64,000 nt of DNA from Bacillota bacterium. Its GTDB lineage: Bacteria; Bacillota; Sulfobacillia; JBFMBV01. A program made the position numbers and the translations under genes. Location of the stretch: positions 26,767 through 90,766 of the forward strand of contig JBFMBV010000005.1 in the NCBI GenBank assembly GCA_040755005.1. The letters run 5' to 3'. Below, piece after piece: positions 47,780 to 56,930 of the stretch. The notes under the pieces are model-generated. The model worked only from the letters and a program-made list of their open reading frames with translations, did no database searches and was not told where the DNA came from. Each line of letters starts with the position of its first letter. The stretch's first letter is position 1.

Positions 47780-47803
47780 GGCGGCCGCCCGTTGGCGGCC
47801 GCC
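47780..47803. terminator. 10-bp perfect hairpin between convergent genes
   Basis: GGCGGCCGCC-cgtt-GGCGGCCGCC. Confidence 0.7.
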
Positions 47804-47833
47804 GCTGATTCGGAGGGATCGGCGCCGGCGTAC

Positions 47834-49036
47834 TCAGTCTTGACGGGACTGTGCTCCCTCGAGCCACTGCCGGGCCGCCTCCAGCACCTCCGCTGGGGTG
47901 GCGTCGCCCCCACCCTGGGCTACCCGGTCACTGCCGCCGCCGCGCAGCCCCAGGGCCGCGTTGAGGTGCGCGATGAGCCCCTTGGCTGTCACGGGGGCCT
48001 GGGCCCCGGTGAAGGCTACCACCCGCAGCCCATCGCTCTCCGCTACCAGCACCCCCGCCAGCTCAGGGACGAGCGCCAGGCGTTGGCCCAGGGCCTGCAG
48101 CTCAGCTGCGGTCCGGCCAGCTTGCGGGGTCAGGACTACCTTGAGGCCGTTGGGGAGGAGTTCAGCCCGAGCGGCCAGGTATTGGGCCGCCAGCTCCGCC
48201 TCGCGTGCGGCGAGGTCCTTAAGCCGGTCCCGCAGCTCCGCCTGCTCGGCTAAGGCACGCTCAGCCGCGGCGGGTACCTCGGCGGGGCCGCAAGACAGCA
48301 CCGCCGCCGTGGCCCCCAAGGCCTCCAGGCGCTGGGCGTAATCGGCGAGGGCGCGCCCTCCGGCCACCCAGTAGACCCTGGTGCCGCCTTTGTAGCGCTC
48401 AAGGCGGATGACCTTCACCAGGCCGCACTCGCCGGTGCGGGCGGGGTGGGTGCCGCCGCAGGCCGAAAGGTCGCACCCCTCTACTTCCACCAGCCGCACG
48501 TCCCCGGTACGGCTAGTTTCTTTGCGCAGGGGCAGCCCGCCGGCGACCGCGGCGCCGACCACCCGGCAGGTAATGGGCCTGTCGGACCAGAGGACGGCGT
48601 TGGCCGCGGCTTCGGCTGTGGCTGCTGTGGCGGGGTCGAGGGGGTCGCCACCCACATCGATGGTGCTGGCTACTGTCCCGAGGTGGAAGGAGTGCGTGGG
48701 CCGGGCGCGGCCCACCAGGACTGCCGACAGCACATGCTGGGCGGCGTGCTGCTGCATATGGTCAAAGCGCCTCTCCCAGTCGAGGGCGAGGCTGACCTCC
48801 CCGGCGGGGGCCGGGCCGGGGACGACGTGCCAGATCACCCGGTCTTCCTCGTACACGGCCTGGACTGGCACGCCGCCCAGGGTGCCACGGTCGTCGGGCT
48901 GGCCGCCCCCTTCCGGGTAGAAGACGGTGCGGTCGAGGGCCATGTGGCTGGAGCCGCCTACTGCCCGCATCGCGACTACGCGGGCAGTGGTGTGCCTCAG
49001 GTACGGGTCATGGTCGAACAGACGCTCAGTGGGCAT
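47834..49036 (-). CDS. alanyl-tRNA editing protein (AlaX-L type)
   Basis: FYPEGGGQPDD, HAAQHVLSAV, CGGTH zinc/editing motifs. ATG chosen at 49036. Confidence 0.8.
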   Translation of the reverse strand: MPTERLFDHDPYLRHTTARVVAMRAVGGSSHMALDRTVFYPEGGGQPDDRGTLGGVPVQAVYEEDRVIWHVVPGPAPAGEVSLALDWERRFDHMQQHAAQHVLSAVLVGRARPTHSFHLGTVASTIDVGGDPLDPATAATAEAAANAVLWSDRPITCRVVGAAVAGGLPLRKETSRTGDVRLVEVEGCDLSACGGTHPARTGECGLVKVIRLERYKGGTRVYWVAGGRALADYAQRLEALGATAAVLSCGPAEVPAAAERALAEQAELRDRLKDLAAREAELAAQYLAARAELLPNGLKVVLTPQAGRTAAELQALGQRLALVPELAGVLVAESDGLRVVAFTGAQAPVTAKGLIAHLNAALGLRGGGSDRVAQGGGDATPAEVLEAARQWLEGAQSRQD

Positions 49037-49138
49037 GGTGGGTAGTTTCCCTCCGGGAAGGAACCTTCGCCTACACAAGGATTCTTCCTCTGCCGGGCCG
49101 AATCCCTGTCACCAAAGGTGACTCAGGGAGGGAATGCG

Positions 49139-50320
49139 TTGATTGCCATCACAGGTGGTAGGGTCTACACCGGAACAGCAGGCTTCATCCCGGCGGGCAC
49201 TGTCCTGATCGATGGCGGCCGCATCGCCGCAGTGGGGAAAGGTATCGCAGTGCCCGACGATGCCAAGGTCTACCGGGCTGATGGCAAGTACGTCATGCCG
49301 GGGCTGATCGACGCCCACAGCCACCTCGGGCTGTTCGGCGAGCCTTCGGTGCCGGCGACGGCTGACGGCAACGAGACCACCGACCCGATCACCCCCCATA
49401 TCCGGGGGATTGACTCCATTAACCCAGGGGATCCGGCTTTCCCCGAGGTGCTGGCGGCGGGGGTCACGACGGTGTACACGGGTCCCGGCAGCGCCAACAT
49501 CGTGGGCGGCACCGGCGTGGCCATCAAGCTCAGGGGCAGGACCGCCGACGAGATGGTGATTCCCGGCTCGGAGGGCATGAAGATGGCCCTGGGGGAAAAC
49601 CCGAAACGGGTCTACGGTGAGACCAAGAAGCAGGCCCCCAGTACGCGAATGGGCAACGCCGCCCTGCTGCGCAACGCGTTGGTGCACGCAGCCAATTACC
49701 TGAACAACTTGGAGCGGGCGCAGGAGGAGCCGGCCGATGGCAAGCGGCCGAAGCTGCCTGACCGCGACCTGAAGTGGGAGGCCTTAGGCAGGGTGCTCAA
49801 GCGGGAGTGGAAGGCCCGCATCCATGCCCATCGCGCCGACGATATCCTGACAGCCATCAGGATCGCTGAGGAGTTCGGGCTGGACTACGTGATCGAGCAC
49901 GCCACCGAGGGCTACAAGATCGCCGACCTCCTGGCCGCGAAGGGCGTGCCGTGCACAGTGGGGCCCCTGCTCATGACCAGGTCCAAGATGGAGCTGGAGC
50001 ACGTGACCCTGAAAAACCCCGGGATCCTGGCCAGAGCCGGGGTGAAGCTGGCCATCCAAGTGGACGGGGCCTCCAGCACGAAGTGGCTGGCCCTGCATGC
50101 GGGCTTGGCTGTGCGCGAAGGCATGCCGGAGGAGGAGGCGTTGCGGGCCATCACCAGCAACGCCGCGGAGATCCTGGGCCTCTCGGCCAGAATCGGTTCC
50201 CTGGAGCCCGGCAAGGATGCGGACATAGCCGTATTCAGTGGTCACCCCTTTGAGACGCTAAGCGTCTGCAAGCTGGTGTTGATCGACGGCGAGGTCTGTT
50301 ACGAGCGAGAGGTGGGTTAG
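49139..50320 (+). CDS. amidohydrolase family protein
   Basis: MPGLIDAHSHLG metal-binding motif. TTG at 49139 lies 6 nt after GGGAGGG. The listed GTG at 49118 is also possible. Confidence 0.75.
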   Translation: MIAITGGRVYTGTAGFIPAGTVLIDGGRIAAVGKGIAVPDDAKVYRADGKYVMPGLIDAHSHLGLFGEPSVPATADGNETTDPITPHIRGIDSINPGDPAFPEVLAAGVTTVYTGPGSANIVGGTGVAIKLRGRTADEMVIPGSEGMKMALGENPKRVYGETKKQAPSTRMGNAALLRNALVHAANYLNNLERAQEEPADGKRPKLPDRDLKWEALGRVLKREWKARIHAHRADDILTAIRIAEEFGLDYVIEHATEGYKIADLLAAKGVPCTVGPLLMTRSKMELEHVTLKNPGILARAGVKLAIQVDGASSTKWLALHAGLAVREGMPEEEALRAITSNAAEILGLSARIGSLEPGKDADIAVFSGHPFETLSVCKLVLIDGEVCYEREVG

Positions 50321-50321
50321 G

Positions 50322-51203
50322 GTGCGTCGAAGGGTTGTGACCATTGACCCGTACCTGGGGGAGCATATCGAGCTGGCCGACTTCGGGCATGGGCGCCCGC
50401 GGCTGCTGGTGGTGGCGGGCTTACATGGCAATGAGACGACCGGCGTGTATGTCGCCCGCCGGCTGGCGGCATTCCTGCAAGGCGCCGAGCCCAAGGGCGA
50501 GGTGACCATCGTAGCTGTGTCCAACCCATCGGCCTTCAGGCGCTTGGCACGCAGTTCCCCCTTTGACAGGCTGGACCTAAACCGCATCTTTCCCGGCGAC
50601 AGGGCGGGAACCCCTTCGCAACGGGCGGCGGCCGCCATTTGGGACGAGGCCGGCACCGCCGACTATGTGGTCGACCTGCACTGCTGCGGGCCCTTCAGCC
50701 GCAGCCACATCCTGGCCCAGTATGCTGAGTTCGGCCACGCCAGGCAGCTGGCTGAACGGCTGGCACTGCCCATCGCCGTTGCCTCGACTGGGGCGCGCGG
50801 TCAGCTGTTCGTTGAAGTCGGCCACCGGGGGATCCCTGCAGTCATCCTCGAACTGGCCGGAGGCGGGGCCTTTGGCGAGGTCAGCCTGGAGGCGGGCGAG
50901 GAAGCCTTCACCGCCCTGGCTGGTCTGCTGCAAAGCCTCGGGGTCATCCACGGCGAGCCGCCGGAAGTCAGGCCCTGCTTCTATGGCAGGCTGGTGCCCT
51001 TGCGGCCGCCGGTGGCTGGGCTGTTCAGGCCGGAGGTCAACCCGGGCGACACCGTCAGCAAGGCGCAGGTCGTCGGCAGGGTCGAGGGAGAACCCGTGGT
51101 GGCGACTACCGATGGGGTGCTCACAGTCATCCGGCCTGTGTCCTACGCCTTTTCCGGCGTGCCCGTGGCCCTGCTGGCGCCGGGGCCTGTCGCTGACAGC
51201 TGA
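50322..51203 (+). CDS. succinylglutamate desuccinylase/aspartoacylase (M14-like) family protein
   Basis: VAGLHGNETTG zinc-binding motif. It starts 2 nt after the upstream stop. Confidence 0.7.
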   Translation: MRRRVVTIDPYLGEHIELADFGHGRPRLLVVAGLHGNETTGVYVARRLAAFLQGAEPKGEVTIVAVSNPSAFRRLARSSPFDRLDLNRIFPGDRAGTPSQRAAAAIWDEAGTADYVVDLHCCGPFSRSHILAQYAEFGHARQLAERLALPIAVASTGARGQLFVEVGHRGIPAVILELAGGGAFGEVSLEAGEEAFTALAGLLQSLGVIHGEPPEVRPCFYGRLVPLRPPVAGLFRPEVNPGDTVSKAQVVGRVEGEPVVATTDGVLTVIRPVSYAFSGVPVALLAPGPVADS

Positions 51204-51227
51204 CGCCTCGAAGGGAGAGGACCCCTC

Positions 51228-51602
51228 ATGGAAGTCTACGATCTGGCGCATCGGTTGGCCCGGGCCCTGGCCAAGTGCGGGGAATGCGCCGAGTTCGCCA
51301 AGGCCAGGGACGGCGCGGCGGCGAACGAGGAGACCCGCCGGATGCTGCAGGACTATTACCGCCGGCAGGCCGCGCTGATCAGGCGTAGCGCCGCCGGGGA
51401 GGAGCCCGCTGCTTCCGCCGTCAAGGAGTTGGAACAGCTGCGCGAGGTCATCGCCTTCCACCCGCTGGTGAAGGAGTTGTTCGCCGCGGAACACCGTCTG
51501 CTCATCCTCCGCGATGACGTCCTCCGCATCATCGTGGACGGGATGAGACCGTGGTTTGACCTGGGGGAATTGGCCCCAGAACTGGATGCAGGGGAGGGAT
51601 AG
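51228..51602 (+). CDS. ylbF: YlbF/YmcA family regulator
   Basis: MEVYDLAHRLARALAKCGECAEFAKARD... has a YlbF-like N-terminus and length. Confidence 0.75.
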   Translation: MEVYDLAHRLARALAKCGECAEFAKARDGAAANEETRRMLQDYYRRQAALIRRSAAGEEPAASAVKELEQLREVIAFHPLVKELFAAEHRLLILRDDVLRIIVDGMRPWFDLGELAPELDAGEG

Positions 51603-51605
51603 GGA

Positions 51606-51713
51606 GTGGGGAAGTTCGTGTGCGCCAAGTGCGGCCATGCCATCGAGACCAGGTGCAAGCCCAAGAAGTGCCCCGGCTGTGGCGCGGACAACACCTTCGA
51701 CAAGAAGGCCTAA
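51606..51713 (+). CDS. 35-aa zinc-ribbon mini-protein, not in the supplied ORF track
   Basis: GTG 8 nt after GGAGGG. The product is MGKFVCAKCGHAIETRCKPKKCPGCGADNTFDKKA with CxxC...CxxC. Confidence 0.45.
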   Translation: MGKFVCAKCGHAIETRCKPKKCPGCGADNTFDKKA

Positions 51714-51771
51714 CGCTGGAGGGGATACCCCAGCCTCCTCCATGGCAGACTAACCAGGAGGAGGTGCTGTG

Positions 51772-52083
51772 ATGCCGAAGGACCCAGCTAGGCAAGTGAC
51801 TGCCGGTGTGCGGGCCGAGTCCGCCAGGGCGGTTTCGGGCAAGCCCCAGCCGGCGAGGGAGAAGGTCAAGAAGGAGAAGCCGCTGACCCCCGAGGATGTC
51901 ATGAAGCTGGACATCGCCAGGGAGCTAGGGCTGTACGACAAGGTTCAGGCAGGCGGCTGGGGGGACCTCACCGCCGCCGAGACGGGGCGCATCGGGGGTC
52001 TGTTGACCAAACGCAGAGCCAAGGGTGGCGCACCTGAGCTAGAGCAGGCCGGCAGCCCTGAGCAAACGGCAGCAAAGGAATAG
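51772..52083 (+). CDS. alpha/beta-type small acid-soluble spore protein with long N- and C-terminal extensions
   Basis: MKLDIARELGLYDKVQAGGWGDLTAAETGRIGGLLTKR matches the SASP alpha/beta core. ATG lies ~8-9 nt after AGGAGGAGG. Confidence 0.75.
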   Translation: MPKDPARQVTAGVRAESARAVSGKPQPAREKVKKEKPLTPEDVMKLDIARELGLYDKVQAGGWGDLTAAETGRIGGLLTKRRAKGGAPELEQAGSPEQTAAKE

Positions 52084-53154
52084 GCTCTTGGAGTATGGCC
52101 CGGATCTCCGCAAGAGGGACCGGGCCTCTTCACGCAGCCGGGGGTGCAAGGCCTTCTTGTCCGACAGGTACAGGGCAGCCAGTCCGGCTACGGCGAAGGC
52201 ATGGACAGGCCGGCCGGGCAGGGAGGCTGCGGCGACCATGGCCTTGTGCTGAAAGTGGGCCAGACCTTCCCTCCGGGCGGCTGGTGACGGGTAGCGCGTG
52301 ACGAAGTTGAAGTCGCCGTGCTGCTCGTCCTCGGCCTCGTCGATCAGGTAGTCAAGGAGGATATGCCAACCGCACACCCAGGGGAAATAGGCGTCCTTCA
52401 CGGCGTCAACCTCCTCAGTCGTCAGGCCGGGGCGGGCGGCAAGCGCGAACAGCGCGAAGGAAGCGAGGGTGGACCCGCACGCAGCCGCGAACTCCCACCA
52501 GGCGATGCCCGGCCAGTCCCCGCTGACCCGGCTGTGCCACGCTGACAAAAGGCCCGCCCTGACCGACGGCCGCAGATGCTTGTACACCTGCAGGTCTGAG
52601 TACAGCCCGGCGAAGCGCCTGAGCTCCGGCCGGACACGTTCGATGCCGGGTAGCCGGGCCAAGCCGGTCTGACAGGTCCTCACCAGGCCAGTCAAGTAAC
52701 CGCCATCGTCCACACCGGTGCCGTAGTAGTCCCGGACCCTGCCCGCCGGACCCACGGCGTCAAGCATGGCGAGGTGCAACGTGCGGAAGCTTGCGCCAGC
52801 CAGGGAGCCGGTACGGTCGCACAGGTTGTCGAGATAATCGGAGATAGTCTGGTAGGCTACGATGGGTTCGATCAGATCGAGGGTGCCCGCGGCCAGGGCC
52901 AGCACCCCCCCGCCCTGGCAGTGGAAGGCCTTGGTGGCGATGCTGGCCAGGGCTTGCCGCCGGAGGGCTGGGTCGGGGATAGCCACGGCCCGCCGCCGCC
53001 ACTTGTCCAGCTCCCTGCCGACCCTGGGCAGCACGCCGAACAGCGCTTCCGCAGCCATAAGGGTGAACACGACAGGGCCAACCGGACTCGTTCCGGTCGG
53101 CCCTGTCCCGCCGTAAGCGAGATTCAGAGCTGGATCGCTTGCTGGTTCGAGCAC
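52039..53154 (-). CDS. ytpB: tetraprenyl-beta-curcumene synthase family protein (DUF2600, YtpB-like)
   Basis: RRQALASIATKAFHCQGGGVLALAAG, VAYQTISDYLDNLCDR, DDGGYL, HILLDYLIDEAEDE match my recollection of B. subtilis YtpB almost block for block. Confidence 0.75.
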   Translation of the reverse strand: MLEPASDPALNLAYGGTGPTGTSPVGPVVFTLMAAEALFGVLPRVGRELDKWRRRAVAIPDPALRRQALASIATKAFHCQGGGVLALAAGTLDLIEPIVAYQTISDYLDNLCDRTGSLAGASFRTLHLAMLDAVGPAGRVRDYYGTGVDDGGYLTGLVRTCQTGLARLPGIERVRPELRRFAGLYSDLQVYKHLRPSVRAGLLSAWHSRVSGDWPGIAWWEFAAACGSTLASFALFALAARPGLTTEEVDAVKDAYFPWVCGWHILLDYLIDEAEDEQHGDFNFVTRYPSPAARREGLAHFQHKAMVAAASLPGRPVHAFAVAGLAALYLSDKKALHPRLREEARSLLRRSGPYSKSLFLCCRLLRAAGLL

Positions 53155-53372
53155 CCGTTGTTTACCTGTCCTGTGGGAGATCTAACGGCGCATCCATGTT
53201 GTGTCCAGACAGGCTGTGGTTCATCCCCAGAAAATCCTGGCAGGAACGCATGGGGAACGAGGGGTGGGCCCACACTAGACCCTAGTCTGACCGAAAGGGT
53301 GCGGCTTTTCTGTCAAGCGGCCGGAACGTCCTCCTGCCTTCCCTGACTGAGGTTGAGGCTGAACTCGCAGGT

Positions 53373-54272
53373 ATGCTGGCCCGGACGTCGGGGCCCTTGA
53401 CCGGCATCGTCACCCACTTGCTGGAACGGCCCGGCAAGCGGCTGCGCCCGATCCTGGTCATCCTCGCCGCTTCGCTGGGCGAGGCTGACCCGCGGGCTAT
53501 CATCCATGTAGGGGCAGCCGTGGAACTTATCCACCTCGCCTCTCTGGTCCATGACGACATCATCGACGGCGCCAAGCGCCGCCGGGGACGTCCCAGCGTC
53601 GCCGCCAAATGGGGCAATCACACCGCGGTGCTCATAGGGGATTACCTGTGGGCGCAAGCCTACATGCTGCTGACCTGCCAGGCCCAGTATGGCGTCGTGG
53701 GGACCATGAGTGAGGCCATCGCCGACATGTGTCAGGGCGAGCTGACCCAGTTGGCATCTCTCTATGACCCCTCGGGCGGGGAGGAAGCCTATCTGACGCG
53801 AATCAGGCTGAAGACCGCCAGCCTGTTCGCGGCTTGCTGCCGGGCGGGCGCCCAGCTCGCCGGACTCGACCCTGCCTGCACCGATGCCCTGGCTGACTTC
53901 GGGTTGCAGCTAGGGTTCGCTTTTCAGCTCAAGGATGACGTGCTCGACTTCACTGCCTCGGCCCGCACCCTCGGCAAGCCGGTGGGCAGCGACCTGCGCC
54001 GCGGCATCCTCACCCTGCCTGCCCTGAGGTTGCTCGACGACAGCCAGCACGGGCCCATGCTCAGGGCGTGCCTGGAAGCACGGCGGTTCGCCCGGGGCGA
54101 ACTGCGGCGGTTGTACAAGGCTGCACAGGACTCTGGGGCGGTGACCTACGCCTTACAGTCGGCCGGGAGCCGGCTGCAGGCGGCCCGCCGACAGCTGCTG
54201 TCCCTGCCTCCCGCCTGGGCCCGGGAACAACTCCTCGACTTGGTGGAGTCCCTCGCAGCCGCGTACCCCTAG
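53373..54272 (+). CDS. polyprenyl diphosphate synthase (long-chain, HepT/IspB-like)
   Basis: LVHDDIIDGAKRRRG and FQLKDDVLDF Asp-rich motifs. The true start is probably upstream of the first ATG (see findings). Confidence 0.8.
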   Translation: MLARTSGPLTGIVTHLLERPGKRLRPILVILAASLGEADPRAIIHVGAAVELIHLASLVHDDIIDGAKRRRGRPSVAAKWGNHTAVLIGDYLWAQAYMLLTCQAQYGVVGTMSEAIADMCQGELTQLASLYDPSGGEEAYLTRIRLKTASLFAACCRAGAQLAGLDPACTDALADFGLQLGFAFQLKDDVLDFTASARTLGKPVGSDLRRGILTLPALRLLDDSQHGPMLRACLEARRFARGELRRLYKAAQDSGAVTYALQSAGSRLQAARRQLLSLPPAWAREQLLDLVESLAAAYP

Positions 54273-54354
54273 CCCCCGGCACCCAGCATGCCTGCCGTTG
54301 GAGGAACGCCTCAGCGGCTGGCGAATTAGCCCTCAGCAGAGTCTGGAGGGGAGA

Positions 54355-55557
54355 GTGACCACCGTGTACCTGTCGCGGCGGGTTTCAGCCATCAGTCCAT
54401 CGCCGACCCTCGCCATCGACGCTAAGGCCAAGCAGATGCAGGCTGAAGGGAAGGATGTCGTGAACTTTGGCGTGGGCGAACCTGACTATGACACTCCGGC
54501 CCACATCAAAGAGTCAGCGGTCAAGGCCCTAGAGGCGGGATTCACCAAGTACACTCCCGTGGCAGGCATCCCCGACCTGAAACAGGCTATCGCCGCCAAG
54601 TTCAAGCGCGACAGCGGCCTGGATTACTCGCTCAACCAGATCGTCGTGTCCGTGGGCGCCAAGCATGCCCTGTACAACGCCTACATGGCCCTGTGCGACG
54701 AGGGGGACGAAGTCATCATCCAGCATCCCTGCTGGGTCAGCTACCCTGAGATCATCCGGCTGGCTGGCGCGGTGCCGGTGGCCATCACCACCGATGAGCG
54801 CAAGGGTTTCCGGATGACGGCCGAGGAGATCGAAAAGCGCATCAACCCGCGCACCCGCGTGATCAACCTCAACAGCCCCTCCAACCCGACCGGGGTGGTG
54901 TACCCGCCCGAGGAACTCGAGGCCATCGCCGATGTGGCTGTCCGTCGCGACCTGTTCATCGTGACCGATGAGATCTACGACCAGCTGGTCTACGACGGGG
55001 TGAAGCAGGTCAGCATCGCCTCCTTCGGGCCTGAGGTGAAGCGGCGCACCGTGGTCATCAATGGTGTCTCCAAGACCTACGCCATGACCGGGTGGCGGAT
55101 CGGCTGGGCGGCTGCCGAATCTGAACTGGCTAAGGCCATGGGCGACCTCCAGGGCCATGTCACCTCCAACCCGACCTCCCTGTCCCAGAAAGCCGCCGTG
55201 ACGGCCCTCAACGGGCCTCAGGAGCCGATCAAGGCTATGGTGGAGGAGTTCAAGCGCCGGCGGGACTACATGTATGCGCGGGTGGCAGCCATGCCGGGGT
55301 TCTCCTGCAGGCGCCCGGACGGGGCCTTCTACCTGTTCCCCGGCCTGGCAGGCCTGGTGGGCAAGAGCGTAGGCGGCCGCGTCATCCGGAACGGGGACGA
55401 CCTCTCCCAGGCCATCCTCGAGCAGGCGCTGGTGGCCATCGTGCCCGGCAGCGGCTTCGGTTCACCCCAGCATGTGCGGCTGTCTTACGCGACGTCCATG
55501 GAGCGGATCAAGGAAGGACTTGACCGCATCGAAGCGCTGTTGAAGGGGGCGTCCTGA
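54355..55557 (+). CDS. class I pyridoxal-phosphate aminotransferase (aspartate aminotransferase-like)
   Basis: NFGVGEPDYDTP, NSPSNPTG, SKTYAMTGWRIGW. GTG start after GGAGGGG, with an alternative GTG at 54364. Confidence 0.85.
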   Translation: MTTVYLSRRVSAISPSPTLAIDAKAKQMQAEGKDVVNFGVGEPDYDTPAHIKESAVKALEAGFTKYTPVAGIPDLKQAIAAKFKRDSGLDYSLNQIVVSVGAKHALYNAYMALCDEGDEVIIQHPCWVSYPEIIRLAGAVPVAITTDERKGFRMTAEEIEKRINPRTRVINLNSPSNPTGVVYPPEELEAIADVAVRRDLFIVTDEIYDQLVYDGVKQVSIASFGPEVKRRTVVINGVSKTYAMTGWRIGWAAAESELAKAMGDLQGHVTSNPTSLSQKAAVTALNGPQEPIKAMVEEFKRRRDYMYARVAAMPGFSCRRPDGAFYLFPGLAGLVGKSVGGRVIRNGDDLSQAILEQALVAIVPGSGFGSPQHVRLSYATSMERIKEGLDRIEALLKGAS

Positions 55558-55562
55558 GCCAA

Positions 55563-56930
55563 GTGGCGGAACCTGGCCCCCTAGCGGCGTTGCGAGGCAA
55601 GCGGTTGGGCGTGGTCGGCCTGGGTATCTCCAATGTACCCCTCATCCAGTTCCTGGCCTCCCACGGGTTTGACCTTGCCGGCCTGGATCAGAAGACGGCC
55701 CCCCAGCTCAAGGACAGGTACCAGGCGGTGGCCCCCTTGCTGTCCGAGGCGAGGCTCGGCGAAGGGTACCTGGCTGACTTGAATTTCGATGTGCTCTTCC
55801 TCGGCCCCGGGGTGAAGCGGACCCACCCGGCCCTGGTCGAGGCCGCCAGGCGCGGCGTGCGCTTGTCCAGCGAGATCGAGCTGTTCTTCCAGCTCTGCCG
55901 CGGCCGGATCTGCGGCGTCACCGGCAGCGCGGGCAAGACCACCACGACCACCCTGGTGGGGGAGATGCTGCGCCGGGTCGGCTTGCCGGTGCGGGTAGGC
56001 GGGAACATCGGGGTGCCCCTGATCGCCTTTGCCCTGGACGTGCAGCCTAGCGACCCGGTTGTGCTGGAGCTGTCCAGCTTCCAGCTGCAGGACCTGACGG
56101 TCAGTCCGCCCGTGGCGGTGGTGACCAACATCGCCCCTAACCATCTGGACTACCACGCTTCCATGGACGAGTACGTCGCCGCCAAGGAACGCATCTTCGC
56201 CTGCCAGGCGGCTGCGGACTGGACGGTGCTGAACGCGGACGACCCGGCCACCAGGGACATGGCGGGCCGCTGCCCCGGCAGGGTGTTGTGGTTCAGCTTG
56301 GCGGCTCCGGTGGACGGCGCCTGGTTGGAGGGGGATGCCCTCGTCTATCAGGGACAGCCCTTGTGCCGGCGAGGCGAGGTGTTCATCCCGGGCCTGCACA
56401 ATGTGGCCAACCTGCTGGCCGCCTCGCTGGCGGCCGGCCGCTTCGGGGTACCGGTCGAGGCCATGGCCGAGGTAGCCCGATCCTTTCAAGGGGTGCCCCA
56501 CCGCATCGAACTCGTGCGGGAGTTGGACGGGGTCGTGTACCTGAACGACTCCAAGGCTACGGCGCCAAACGAGACCATGGCGGCCCTGGCGGCGGTGCAG
56601 ACGGGACTCGTGCTCATCCTCGGCGGGTCGGACAAGAAGAGCGACTTCAGAGAGTTGGCCGAGGCCGTCTGCGGGCGGGCCCGGGTCGTCATCCTCGTGG
56701 GGGCCATGGCCGGGAAGCTCGCGGACACTCTGGCCGAGACTAAGGCCAGGCTGGGTGGCGGTCCCGAACTGGTCACCGTGGACGACTACCCAGCGGTGGT
56801 CGCGGCCGCCCGCAGGCTGGCCCGGCCGGGGGAGGCGGTGCTCTTGTCGCCGGGGTGCCCCAGCTTCGACATGTTCGCCAACTTTGAGGATCGCGGGGAT
56901 ACGTTTAAGCGGCTGGTGCAAGGGCTGTGA
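55563..56930 (+). CDS. murD: UDP-N-acetylmuramoylalanine--D-glutamate ligase
   Basis: GVTGSAGKTTTTTL P-loop and Mur ligase middle and C-terminal domains. Confidence 0.9.
   Translation: MAEPGPLAALRGKRLGVVGLGISNVPLIQFLASHGFDLAGLDQKTAPQLKDRYQAVAPLLSEARLGEGYLADLNFDVLFLGPGVKRTHPALVEAARRGVRLSSEIELFFQLCRGRICGVTGSAGKTTTTTLVGEMLRRVGLPVRVGGNIGVPLIAFALDVQPSDPVVLELSSFQLQDLTVSPPVAVVTNIAPNHLDYHASMDEYVAAKERIFACQAAADWTVLNADDPATRDMAGRCPGRVLWFSLAAPVDGAWLEGDALVYQGQPLCRRGEVFIPGLHNVANLLAASLAAGRFGVPVEAMAEVARSFQGVPHRIELVRELDGVVYLNDSKATAPNETMAALAAVQTGLVLILGGSDKKSDFRELAEAVCGRARVVILVGAMAGKLADTLAETKARLGGGPELVTVDDYPAVVAAARRLARPGEAVLLSPGCPSFDMFANFEDRGDTFKRLVQGL

Noticed and set aside
46419-47867. 482-aa minus-strand ORF
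   Set aside because: Antisense to the alpha-oxoamine synthase gene, which carries clear PLP-enzyme motifs.
51723-51752. Forespore sigma-G-like promoter (GGATA-18-CAGACTA) for the SASP gene
   Set aside because: It has one mismatch in the -10. The predicted transcription start would also fall inside the Shine-Dalgarno sequence, leaving an implausibly short leader.
55581-56921. 446-aa minus-strand ORF
   Set aside because: Antisense to murD. No motifs.
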